From an uncultured Acidobacteriota bacterium (GTDB lineage: Bacteria; Acidobacteriota; B3-B38; Guanabaribacteriales; CAZYAF01): a stretch of DNA of 64,000 nt. This document shows positions 10,201 through 19,361 of the stretch, in pieces (position 1 is the first letter of the stretch; each line of letters starts with the position of its first letter). The notes under the pieces were generated by a model that was not told the DNA's origin, did no database searches, and was given only the letters and a program-made list of their open reading frames with translations. The stretch lies in contig CAZYAF010000010.1 of the NCBI GenBank assembly GCA_964645975.1, positions 67,682 through 131,681 on the forward strand, given 5' to 3'. Made by a program: the position numbers and the translations under genes.

Positions 10201-13016
10201 ACTTCTATGTAACCGGCAGCGGATACGTAAGCTGGGGAGTTAATGAGGGTCGGATAATAGACTTAGTCACTAATAAAGAAGAATACAAACCCGGCGAAAA
10301 AATTGAGCTTCTGATTAAATCACCTTTTGAAACCTCCACAGCCCTCATTACAATTGAAAGAGAGAACGTGATCTGGTCTAAAGTTATACGAATGGAAGGT
10401 AATGCCGATACCGTAAAGATACCGATTACGAAAGCGTTTGTGCCAAATGTCTTTGCAAATGTCATCATTTTGAAGGAGAGAACGGAAGTTAAGTGGGACG
10501 AGTACGGAAACGATATCGGAAAACCTGAGTTTTATTCCGGTTATAAAGAGATAAAGATTGACGCTTCCGAAAACGAATTGAATATCAAAATATCGGCTGA
10601 CAAGAAATCTTACGAACCAGGGGAAAAAGCAACTCTTGATATTAAAGTAACTGATAAAAGAGGTAAACCCGTTGAATCTGAAATTTGCCTGTCTGTTGTT
10701 GATAAGGGAGTCCTGAATCTTGTCGGTTATGAACTTCCCAATCCTCATGACTTTTTCTGGGAAAATAGAGCTCTCGATGTGAAAACTGTCTCTACATTAG
10801 GAGATGTTCTGGGAAGAAAAAAGTTTCAGGAAAAGGGCGAAGAGCCTGGTGGCGGTGTAGGTACCTCTCCTTTCGGAAGTGTTGTTGTGAGAAAAAAATT
10901 TAAGGAGAGCGCATATTACTCCGCCTTCATCAATACAGATAAGAAAGGGCAGGCAAAAATATCCTTTGACTTGCCGGAGAATTTGACCACCTTCAAAGCT
11001 ATGGCAGTTGCAGGAGATACTGACAAAAAATTTGGTAAAGGCACTATTGATATTCTGGTAAAAAAGAACCTTATTTTAAAGCCCGCTCTTCCTGATTTTA
11101 CGAGAATTGGTGACCGCTTTTCCGGAGGAGTAACGGTAACCAATAATTCAGATAAAAAGCTCAATATCTCAGTAAAGGTGGAATATGAAAATATCATAAA
11201 AACCAAAGATGTGCCAGATATACAGAAGATTACCCTCAAACCTGCGGAGACTCAACCCGTGTGGTACACGTTTGAAGTTGATTCCCTCAAGACAGCTAAA
11301 TTAACCTTTAAAGCCGTAGCGGGAAAGTATCAGGATGGCCTCTATCAGGAAATTCCGGTGCGAATGCCTAAATTTATTGAAGCAATAGCTAATTATGGCC
11401 GTGTTGATAAAAAACCCATAAGGGAACAAATAATAGTTCCCAAAGATACATTCAGAGATCTCGATAACTTAGAGGTTACTCTTGCTTCCTCGGCCATGGT
11501 TGGGGTGAAAAGGAATTTTGATATCCTCCAGGAATTCCCTTACGATTGTCTGGAACAAAGACTCTCAAAGCAATATCCCTTATTAGGAGCCGGGGAATTT
11601 CTCCTCACTTATGGTCTGCTCGATATGAGCCGAGATGAAATTAATAGTCGCATTCAGAGTCTTTTAGATCTCATGCCCAAGTATCAGGGGCAAAATGGAG
11701 GATTTAAATATTATCCCGATTCAATCTGGGTGAGTGAGTACCTGAGCTGTTATGCTACTGAGTTCATCCTCGAAGCAAAAAAACGAAAATTCAAAATAGA
11801 CAACAAAATGCTTGAGAGGGCTGAAGAGTACCTGAAAAACGTCGCCGCAAAAAAGATTGACTCCAGATATCCCTATTCGAGAAATGTTTATCTCCTGGTT
11901 CAATCGTATGCAGTATATGTGCTTTCGATGGATAATATACTATTAAAAGACGTGGTGAATAATCTATTTGAAGTAAGAGATCGAATCCCCTTTTCCGGGC
12001 TTGCCTATCTGGTTAAAGCACTTGAGGTTAAAAACGATCTACCGGATTATATGCAGCCTGTCCTGGCAAAAACAATATTAAATAAAATGAAAGTTGAACC
12101 CACTATGGCGCACTTTGAAAATAACCGGGAAGACAGAATTTCCTGGTGGTGGGTGCACGAATCCAATATTAAAACTACCGCCATTGTCCTGGACACCTTT
12201 CTATCTGTCTATCAGAAATTCCCCCAGGCAGAGAAAATTGCCCGCTGGCTAACCTATACCACAAATCAAAAACGATATATGTCAACGCAGGAACACATAA
12301 AACTTTTCATGGCCTTTGAGCAGTATTTCAGAGTTTTTGAGAGTGAGACACCCAATTTTGTTGCTGAGGTTCTCTTTAATGATGAATTGAAAATCAAAGA
12401 AGCATTCCTGGGACGGGAATTAAAAGCCAGAGAACATCACATCCTCCTTAATCAATATTCGCCGGGAGAGAAAATTGATGTCACACTGCGCAAAGATGAT
12501 AAAGGGGAAGGAATGCTTTATTATTTACTGCGGGTCAAATATTTTCCCATGGGAGAGGTTGAAGCAATTGATCGAGGCTTTTCAGTTGAAAAAGTCTTTA
12601 AAACATTAAATGGTGAAGTAGTAACAGCTAATACCTTCAAAGCAGGGGAAAAATACATAGTAGAACTTAAAGTGACCACAAAACAGGAAAGGCCTTTTGT
12701 CATCCTGGATGACCCCGTACCTTCCGGAATGAAGGTTCTAAATCCACGATTTAAAACTACTGCCTCCCTTGATATGGAACAAGCCAGCTATGATAGCAAA
12801 TGGAGAGGTTATTGGGGTAATTTTTATAGAAGTGAATATTATTTCGATAGGGTCGAACTTTTTTCCGATTACTTGAGAAAAGGAACTCACACCTGGACCT
12901 ATTTAGTTGTTGCTACCAATGGAGGTACGTTCACTGTTCCTAATACGGTAGTAATGGAAATGTACAACCCGGAGGTTTTTGGCAGAAATGAAAATAGGAA
13001 AATTGAGATTAAATAA
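7254..13016 (+). CDS. Bacterial alpha-2-macroglobulin family lipoprotein (large periplasmic protease-trap homologue)
   Basis: 1920 aa. Lipobox SSSVTIGCKK. CLEQ thioester motif in EFPYDCLEQRLSK. It sits immediately upstream of a PBP1C gene, the canonical bacterial A2M-PbpC pair. Confidence 0.85.
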   Translation: MKKKLFILILIICFITISSSVTIGCKKREGTEKESKKSTKLAQKTGDTKVTTATQTEELEETQESASEKWQLMLATDMETLQTQEIKIGKEKVYVVSYHPQGQTRNVDEVDEVNITFSEPVAPLEKIEKDTPSLIEIEPFVKGEGYWKSSITYCYRIDEKVKLSTRYTVKFKGYSSFSGKEIAEKQWEFITPTIKIVDSIPRHNTKWQTLDQKVLIECSQPVNPGQIKDYIKILSSEGRYDFEIRYATKQERELKWRWERLKDDNNRIITIVPKENYPIATDITAQFLAGLPSSEGNIGLLHIREIRFRTFEIFKIISVSKQFRPDDGISIKFSNPVPVQDFVKKVVFEPPVKLDESWNRNSHNFSIHGKFKPSETYAMIVPADVQDQFGNELEEEKKFTIKSLDYTPFLYPPSHHHFVMEDYLEKSIPVQVRNVFETEVLYREMELDDFKLLSKTHYPKKEDLNLKDCDTYLWKIPIKKNLNYTLGFNLEKIQFTKPGFYYIYFKNFSRSAYRGHFIQLTDIALVAKFSPTQIFLMPFNMRSGEPVPHLDFSIHDPEGSFFDWNGFANVKGDKDGIAVYQPPLKVLEKHKLRDCFVLSESRKSFVWGRKNDMFDMWDYRYRYNLNYNQRPENYYNHLLLFTDKYLYKAGQTVRFKGILRQVFSGIMRIPTLKNIKGKVFNSRNENIHEFELKSDDFTSYGTFAGEFKLPDEAPTGFYRIDFEVELEKSSFSKSLKFSVEEYKPAKFEVNVALDQKELIAGQKFSGHINAKYLFGTPMVDAEGNCVWTIQNTYFAPQGWDSYSFGTYESSYRDTIFKKEFKLDNKGNYKFSEERISLPGKNSGRLTVYGEVKDKDNSRIGSKNSVIIHRGEYYIGLKAESYFFEKNKPGKISLLTVSPQGDLFKKTALTVKINRNEWKSFQKKDASGALRWEWKHITEDILEEEVSLPNGKIEKEYTFEKAGYYNIVLTGTDSLGNTITTSGHFYVTGSGYVSWGVNEGRIIDLVTNKEEYKPGEKIELLIKSPFETSTALITIERENVIWSKVIRMEGNADTVKIPITKAFVPNVFANVIILKERTEVKWDEYGNDIGKPEFYSGYKEIKIDASENELNIKISADKKSYEPGEKATLDIKVTDKRGKPVESEICLSVVDKGVLNLVGYELPNPHDFFWENRALDVKTVSTLGDVLGRKKFQEKGEEPGGGVGTSPFGSVVVRKKFKESAYYSAFINTDKKGQAKISFDLPENLTTFKAMAVAGDTDKKFGKGTIDILVKKNLILKPALPDFTRIGDRFSGGVTVTNNSDKKLNISVKVEYENIIKTKDVPDIQKITLKPAETQPVWYTFEVDSLKTAKLTFKAVAGKYQDGLYQEIPVRMPKFIEAIANYGRVDKKPIREQIIVPKDTFRDLDNLEVTLASSAMVGVKRNFDILQEFPYDCLEQRLSKQYPLLGAGEFLLTYGLLDMSRDEINSRIQSLLDLMPKYQGQNGGFKYYPDSIWVSEYLSCYATEFILEAKKRKFKIDNKMLERAEEYLKNVAAKKIDSRYPYSRNVYLLVQSYAVYVLSMDNILLKDVVNNLFEVRDRIPFSGLAYLVKALEVKNDLPDYMQPVLAKTILNKMKVEPTMAHFENNREDRISWWWVHESNIKTTAIVLDTFLSVYQKFPQAEKIARWLTYTTNQKRYMSTQEHIKLFMAFEQYFRVFESETPNFVAEVLFNDELKIKEAFLGRELKAREHHILLNQYSPGEKIDVTLRKDDKGEGMLYYLLRVKYFPMGEVEAIDRGFSVEKVFKTLNGEVVTANTFKAGEKYIVELKVTTKQERPFVILDDPVPSGMKVLNPRFKTTASLDMEQASYDSKWRGYWGNFYRSEYYFDRVELFSDYLRKGTHTWTYLVVATNGGTFTVPNTVVMEMYNPEVFGRNENRKIEIK

Positions 13017-15237
13017 AAAGCATCTGGTAATAATCATTTTAATTGTTATCGTTATTTCATGCTTCTCCCTATATTTCTGCTCTTTTGATGAAGAGGTCTT
13101 CAAGAACCGTTCCTGTTCAACTGAATTCTATGATCGAGATGGGCAATTGCTCAGAACCTTTTTATCAGAAAAAGAGACCTACTCGGAATGGTGCCGCCTG
13201 GCAGAAATCTCTCCTCATTTCTTAAGAGCCATTGTTCTCATAGAAGACAGAAAATTTTATTCTCATCATGGAATTGTTGCGAGTTCGCTCTTCCGTGCTC
13301 TTTTACAAAATCTCCAGGAAGAGAGAATCGTGTCTGGTGGTTCCACCATTACCATGCAACTTGCCAAGCTGGTGTATGGTCATAAAAAAAGAACTATAAT
13401 AAATAAAGTCCTTGAAATCTTTGCTGCGTTGAAGTTTGATCTGCATATTTCAAAGACAGAAATTCTGGAAGAATATGTCAACCGATTGCCTTTTGGGAAT
13501 ATGATTTACGGTATCAAAGAAGCCTCTCATTTTTATTTTGACAAGGACCCCTCTCAATTATCTTTAAATCAGGCAATTCATCTGGCTCTGCTTCCAAAAT
13601 CACCTTCAAGATATAATCCCAAAAAACATATGGATACCTTACATAGAAGGTGGAAAATAGTTCTTGAAATATTTAAAGAAAATCATTACATCAACCCGGA
13701 TGAATACCAGAGAGCTGTAAACGAGGGGATTACATTTCAGATGAAAGATTATCCATTTTTAGGTCCTCATTTTATTGACCTTATCAAAGAGAAATATTTT
13801 CAAAAAGAGCTGCCGGAAAAGGTTCATACTACTTTGGACTACTCTGTACAGAAAGAGTTGGAAGGCATTATTCGAGGACATCTTGTCCGTCTAGCAAACT
13901 ACAATGTTAGATCAGCCGCAGCTATTATTATCGATAATCATACACATGAAGTTATCGGATTTATGGGCTCGCCAGATTATTTCGACCATAATATTTCAGG
14001 ATTTGTTAATCTGGCAACTTCCCTTCGGCAACCGGGATCGAGTTTGAAGCCCTTTGTTTATGCTCTGGCTTTGGAAAATGGCTATACACCTGCCACAATA
14101 ATACCGGATATTAAATTTCCCGCTAAAGGTGGATTTTTCCCTAAAAATCATGATGGGAAGGAGCACGGCCCCCTGCGATTAAGAATTGCCCTGGCATGTT
14201 CATACAATATTCCTGCTTTCTACCTGGCTATGAAATTAAAGCCGCAACAAGTAATTAAAAAGCTGAGACAAGCTGGATTTTCTTATATACGCAATGATCC
14301 GGGATTTTATGGAGAAACTATCGCCCTGGGCTCCGGTGAAGTAACCCTGCTTGATCTGGTTACTGCATATTCAGCTTTTGTTAACAAAGGGAGCCTCTAT
14401 TTACCTGTTTTTATAAAAAGCCAACCTATTAAAAGCCAACCATTATTTGATGAGAAAGTTGCCTTTTTAATCTGGGATATTCTGGCCGATCCGTCGGCAA
14501 GATTTGCCAGTTTCGGCTATAATTCCTCCATGAATCTTCCATTTCCTCTGGCCATAAAAACCGGCACATCTAAAGGATTCAGAGATAATTGGGCTATTGG
14601 AGTCAATTCCGAATACACAATTGGTGTATGGATTGGGAATCCCAATGGTGACAATATGAAAAACATAATACAGGTAGGAAATGCATCAACAATCCTGAGG
14701 GACATTTTTCTTGCAGTGCAAAAAGATTGGACAAAAGGCGATATTGAAATACCTGCTGGAATTGTCAAAAGAACCGTATGTCCACTATCGGGAGAATTGG
14801 TTACAGATAGATGCCCGGATGCTGTGGAAGAGTTTTTTGGCGAATATAATGTGCCGGTGAAACAATGTTCCTATCATATAAAAGAAAATGGAGAACTTAA
14901 AATAAAATACCCGGAGCTGTTTAAGCAATGGGCTTTAAGGAATAATCCTGAGATTAATATCACCATCAAGAAAGACAGAAAAAAATGGATTTCCTTCCCC
15001 CAAAACGGTGACTTTTTTTACATATCTGATGCTATTTCAATGAAAGACCAGCAAATTACTTTCGAAGTCATGGGGTATCGGCCTGGAGAATCTGTAGATT
15101 TTTTCCTTGACAATACACTATATGCAAGCATTATTTATCCTGAAACCATTCTTTGGACATTGCAAAGAGGGGAGCATACTCTCGCCCTAAAATCAAATGG
15201 GAAAGATATAGATAACATTAAATTCTTTGTTAGATAA
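12979..15237 (+). CDS. pbpC: Penicillin-binding protein 1C (bifunctional glycosyltransferase/transpeptidase)
   Basis: GT51 transglycosylase motifs EDRKFYSHHG and GGSTITMQLAK. Transpeptidase motifs SSLKPF (SxxK) and KTGTS. N-terminal TM anchor. Overlaps the A2M gene by 38 nt. Confidence 0.85.
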   Translation: MAEMKIGKLRLNKKHLVIIILIVIVISCFSLYFCSFDEEVFKNRSCSTEFYDRDGQLLRTFLSEKETYSEWCRLAEISPHFLRAIVLIEDRKFYSHHGIVASSLFRALLQNLQEERIVSGGSTITMQLAKLVYGHKKRTIINKVLEIFAALKFDLHISKTEILEEYVNRLPFGNMIYGIKEASHFYFDKDPSQLSLNQAIHLALLPKSPSRYNPKKHMDTLHRRWKIVLEIFKENHYINPDEYQRAVNEGITFQMKDYPFLGPHFIDLIKEKYFQKELPEKVHTTLDYSVQKELEGIIRGHLVRLANYNVRSAAAIIIDNHTHEVIGFMGSPDYFDHNISGFVNLATSLRQPGSSLKPFVYALALENGYTPATIIPDIKFPAKGGFFPKNHDGKEHGPLRLRIALACSYNIPAFYLAMKLKPQQVIKKLRQAGFSYIRNDPGFYGETIALGSGEVTLLDLVTAYSAFVNKGSLYLPVFIKSQPIKSQPLFDEKVAFLIWDILADPSARFASFGYNSSMNLPFPLAIKTGTSKGFRDNWAIGVNSEYTIGVWIGNPNGDNMKNIIQVGNASTILRDIFLAVQKDWTKGDIEIPAGIVKRTVCPLSGELVTDRCPDAVEEFFGEYNVPVKQCSYHIKENGELKIKYPELFKQWALRNNPEINITIKKDRKKWISFPQNGDFFYISDAISMKDQQITFEVMGYRPGESVDFFLDNTLYASIIYPETILWTLQRGEHTLALKSNGKDIDNIKFFVR

Positions 15238-15474
15238 ACCATCCAGGAGGGGATTTTAAAAAATTGGAAATAAGATAGCTTTTTCTTCGACTGGCATAAA
15301 AATTTTATGCAATCTTGTTATTATCAAACTTTGAATTATGATTGCACCATTTAATTTAACTCTGCTATACTATTTTTCAAGATATTTCCTCGTACACTAC
15401 TAACAAGGATTTGCTATTAATGTTAATAGAGGAAAGGGTTAAATCATTAGGAAGCATATGCGGTACGGATTAAA

Positions 15475-16161
15475 ATGCCTAATCAAGATTTAAAAATTAC
15501 TGTTGTTATCCCCGCTATGAATGAAGAGAAAACAATTGGGGAAATTATAAAGAGATGCCAGTCTTCTGCCGATGAAATTATAGTAGTAGATGGACACTCC
15601 ACTGATAAAACCAGAGAGATTGCGGAGCAATTGGGCTCAAAAATAATATTAGACCACAAAAAAGGCAAAGGCGAAGCCATGCGCAGCAGCATTCCACATA
15701 TTAACGGTGAAATTACGGTCTTCCTCGATGCCGATGGCTCCCATGATCCCAATGATATTGCGCGTCTTATAGAACCAATTTTAAAAGATGAAGCTGACCA
15801 TGTTACCGGCTCTCGCCTTACCGGAGGCTCCAGCGAACTCCATGGCGGATTCGATGAATGTTTTCGATTAATGGGGAGTTCTTTTATCACTGCTTGCATC
15901 AATTGGCGATACAAAGTACGGTTGAGCGATAGTCAAAACGGATTTCGAGCGATAAAAACCCCCGTGCTAAAAGCGCTTGACTTGAAGGAGAATAAGACTA
16001 CAATTGAGCAAGAGATGATAATGAAGACTTTAAAGAAAGGTTATCGGATAACGGAAGTGCCTACACATGAATACAAACGGAAACATGGAGATTCTCATAT
16101 AAAGCTGTGGAAGCATTCCTTGAGATATATTTATTCATTAATAAAATATCTGTTTTTTTAA
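15475..16161 (+). CDS. GT2 glycosyltransferase, Dpm1/ArnC-like polyprenyl-phosphate sugar synthase
   Basis: 228 aa GT-A protein with VVIPAMNEEKTIGEII and a DADGSHDP DxD-type motif. Size and motifs fit polyprenol-phosphate hexose synthases. Confidence 0.7.
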   Translation: MPNQDLKITVVIPAMNEEKTIGEIIKRCQSSADEIIVVDGHSTDKTREIAEQLGSKIILDHKKGKGEAMRSSIPHINGEITVFLDADGSHDPNDIARLIEPILKDEADHVTGSRLTGGSSELHGGFDECFRLMGSSFITACINWRYKVRLSDSQNGFRAIKTPVLKALDLKENKTTIEQEMIMKTLKKGYRITEVPTHEYKRKHGDSHIKLWKHSLRYIYSLIKYLFF

Positions 16162-16224
16162 TGTGCATATTCGATATGGATTCAAAATACCTCTATAATA
16201 TAGTGTCAAAATAGCATTAATAAA

Positions 16225-17661
16225 ATGAAAATTTTACTTCTAAACCCCCCCAGCAAAGATAACAAAAAATTCATCCGAGAAGGAAGATGCACGCAGGAAA
16301 GTAGTTTATGGACTACTGTATGGCCCCCCATATCATTGGCTACCATAGCTGCATTACTGGAAAATGATGGGCATATCGTAAAGGTCAACGATTGTTCTGC
16401 TGAAGCAATCAATCATTCTTCATTAAAAAAGATAATATATGCTTTCTCTCCTCATATAATTATCTGGAGCTCAGGCACACCTTCGATTCAAAGCGATTTG
16501 GAATTATCAAGCTTTATCAAGGCTCTTGACAGCTCAATAAAAACAGCCACTTTTGGCACCCATGTAACTGTGTTCGCGGAGGATTGTTTGCAAGAACATC
16601 CTGATCTGGATTTTATTATTAGAAACGAACCGGAATATACCATAAGGGAATTGGTCTTTGCATTGGAAAAAAGCAGAGGATACAGAACGATTAATGGACT
16701 TAGCTATAGGGATTCTGATAATCATATTATCCACAATCCGGATAGAGCGTTCATAGAAAATATAGATAAGCTTCCCATGCCAGCATGGCATCTTGTCAAC
16801 CTGGATTGCTATAGAATGCCGCTTAAAGGGCATCGTTTTTTAATCGTCTCTCCTCTACGGGGATGTCCTTATGAATGCACGTTTTGCACTACCCAGACAT
16901 ATTATGGGAATAAGGTGCGGAAACGTTCGCCTGAGCGAGTTGTGGAGGAAATAGAATATAATGTTGAGAACTATAATATTAAAAATTTCTTCTTCTGGGC
17001 GGATACGTTTACCCTGGACAAAAAATATGTTAAGAATCTCTGCAGATTGATTATGGATAGGGAATTAAACATTTCGTGGGTATGCAACAGCAGGGTTGAC
17101 ACCGTGGACGAAGAAATGTTAAAAAATATGGCTGATGCCGGCTGCTGGATGATTAGCTATGGCATAGAATCAGGCTGTCAAAAGATACTCGACATTTGTA
17201 AGAAAAAAATTACTGTGGAACAAACAAAAAAAGCAGTTGAATTAGCCAGAAATATGGGGATTAAAACAGTAGGCCATTTTATTATCGGTCTACCAGGCGA
17301 AACAATTGAAACAGCTCAAGAAACTATCAACTTTGCTCATTCCTTACCTTTAGATTTTGCTCAATTTTATTCAGCAGTACCATTTCCCGGTTCAAAGTTG
17401 TATGAGATGGCAAAACAGAATCAATGGATTGAAAATGATAACTGGGAAAAATTTAATCAAACCAGAGTGATAATGAATCTGTCAGATTTAAAACCTCATG
17501 AAGCAGATAAACTTATCAAAAAGGCTTACAAATCTTTCTATTATAGACCCCAAAAAATCTCTGCTGCACTTAAGATGATTCGATTCTCCACCATATGGAA
17601 TTCATTGGTGCAAGCTAATCATTTTATTAAATCTCTCTTAACAAAACAGGAAAGAAGCTAA
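16225..17661 (+). CDS. B12-binding domain radical SAM enzyme (class B radical SAM; candidate methyltransferase)
   Basis: CPYECTFCTT is a CxxxCxxC radical SAM cluster. The N-terminal Rossmann-like B12-binding domain begins MKILLLNPP. A paralogous N-terminus is present at 63894. Confidence 0.8.
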   Translation: MKILLLNPPSKDNKKFIREGRCTQESSLWTTVWPPISLATIAALLENDGHIVKVNDCSAEAINHSSLKKIIYAFSPHIIIWSSGTPSIQSDLELSSFIKALDSSIKTATFGTHVTVFAEDCLQEHPDLDFIIRNEPEYTIRELVFALEKSRGYRTINGLSYRDSDNHIIHNPDRAFIENIDKLPMPAWHLVNLDCYRMPLKGHRFLIVSPLRGCPYECTFCTTQTYYGNKVRKRSPERVVEEIEYNVENYNIKNFFFWADTFTLDKKYVKNLCRLIMDRELNISWVCNSRVDTVDEEMLKNMADAGCWMISYGIESGCQKILDICKKKITVEQTKKAVELARNMGIKTVGHFIIGLPGETIETAQETINFAHSLPLDFAQFYSAVPFPGSKLYEMAKQNQWIENDNWEKFNQTRVIMNLSDLKPHEADKLIKKAYKSFYYRPQKISAALKMIRFSTIWNSLVQANHFIKSLLTKQERS

Positions 17662-17666
17662 AATCA

Positions 17667-19361
17667 ATGTATACATTAGGCATTTGGGATGGCCACGATT
17701 CTGGTGCTGCTCTGCTTAAGGGAGATAAAATTCTGTTTGCCATTAATGAAGAGAGATTAACCCGAAGAAAGTTGGAGGTAGCTTTCCCCCAGAACTCAAT
17801 TGAAGCATGCTTGACCTATTGCAATTTAGCTCCTGAAGATATCAATCACATTGCCATTTCCACGTACGATTTTGCCAAAACCTTAGCCAGGCTTTTCCCC
17901 TCATTTAAAGAGGAATACTATTTGATTCGACGAAGAAAAAAAATGCCAAAAGGATTTACCTATCTCAAGAAGAAGGTGAAATATAAATTAACCGAATATA
18001 AACCGAATGGTTTTTATGAATTCATCAGCAAGCTTGTGGTAGCAAAAAAGTTAAAACAATTAGGATTTGGCGACTTTCAATTACTTTTCCTCAATCACCA
18101 TCTGTGCCACGCAGCAAGCGCTGCCTTCTGCAGCGGTTTTGACGAATGTATTGTGCTCACAATAGATGGCATTGGTGACGGTTTATCAGGAACCATCAGC
18201 ACTTTTCGAGATAATAAACTCAATCTCATTTCATCCATTTCCGGGAAGGATTCCTTCGGAATATTCTTTGAGCATGTCACCAATTTGATGAACATGAGGG
18301 AGCTTGAAGATGAAGGAAAGGTTATGGCTCTGGCCAATTACGCCTATCCCATCGATGATGAAGACAATCCTTTGATGGATTTTTTCCGCGTTGAAGGTTT
18401 AAATATTAAAGCCAAATACAGCACGTTGCAGATATACGACAGGCTCAAGAAAATCCTCTGGAAATATCCTTCTGAACAGTTTGCCTATATGGCGCAGAGA
18501 GTGTTAGAAGCGAAGATAGTTGAGTTAGTTGAAAATATAACCAAAGATACCGCCCTCCGAAAGATAGCGCTTTCCGGTGGAGTCTTTTCAAATATTAAGG
18601 TTAATATGAAAATAAAGGACCATCCACAGATTGAAGATTGCTTTGTCTTTCCGCATATGGGTGATGGTGGCTTGGCGCTGGGTGCCGCTATGTTGGCGAA
18701 TTACGAGCTTAATAGTATTTCTTCCTATAATCTTAGCGATTTATATCTCGGCCTGGAATATACTGACGAGGAAATCAAAAATACATTGGAAAAGCACACT
18801 CTTCATTTTACGCAGGTAAAAGATATCTGGAAGGAGGTTGCACAATTAATAACTCAGGGGAGCATAGTGCTGTGGTTTCAGGGAAGGATGGAAGCTGGAC
18901 CGCGAGCCTTGGGTGCTCGAAGTATTGTAGCAATGTCCGACTCTGAGAAAATCAAGGATAACTTAAATCTTAAGCTTAAAAAAAGAGTGTGGTATCAACC
19001 CTTTTGTCCCACTATGTTGGATAAAGATGCACGAGATTTGCTGCAAAATTATAATAGCAGATCGAATAAATTCATGACTATGGCTTATACGGTCAGAGAA
19101 GATATGCGAGAAGTGGTTAAAGGTGTTATAAACATAGATGGTTCCTGCCGTCCGCAGATTCTTGATAGTAATGAGACATCCTATGAAAAACTTTTGCATG
19201 AAATAAAGAAGCTAACTGGTCACGGAGTCATACTTAATACCAGTTTTAATATTCACGGTGACCCCATTGTTTGTTCCCCAGAGGATGCAGTCAAAACATT
19301 GATTAAATCGAAAGCCGATTATCTGGCAATAGGTAACTATATTGTTAAGGGGGTGGAATGA
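17667..19361 (+). CDS. NodU/CmcH family carbamoyltransferase
   Basis: N-terminus MYTLGIWDGHDSGAALLKGDKILFAINEERLTRRK is characteristic of the Carbam_trans_N family. About 560 aa, typical for O-carbamoyltransferases. Confidence 0.8.
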   Translation: MYTLGIWDGHDSGAALLKGDKILFAINEERLTRRKLEVAFPQNSIEACLTYCNLAPEDINHIAISTYDFAKTLARLFPSFKEEYYLIRRRKKMPKGFTYLKKKVKYKLTEYKPNGFYEFISKLVVAKKLKQLGFGDFQLLFLNHHLCHAASAAFCSGFDECIVLTIDGIGDGLSGTISTFRDNKLNLISSISGKDSFGIFFEHVTNLMNMRELEDEGKVMALANYAYPIDDEDNPLMDFFRVEGLNIKAKYSTLQIYDRLKKILWKYPSEQFAYMAQRVLEAKIVELVENITKDTALRKIALSGGVFSNIKVNMKIKDHPQIEDCFVFPHMGDGGLALGAAMLANYELNSISSYNLSDLYLGLEYTDEEIKNTLEKHTLHFTQVKDIWKEVAQLITQGSIVLWFQGRMEAGPRALGARSIVAMSDSEKIKDNLNLKLKKRVWYQPFCPTMLDKDARDLLQNYNSRSNKFMTMAYTVREDMREVVKGVINIDGSCRPQILDSNETSYEKLLHEIKKLTGHGVILNTSFNIHGDPIVCSPEDAVKTLIKSKADYLAIGNYIVKGVE

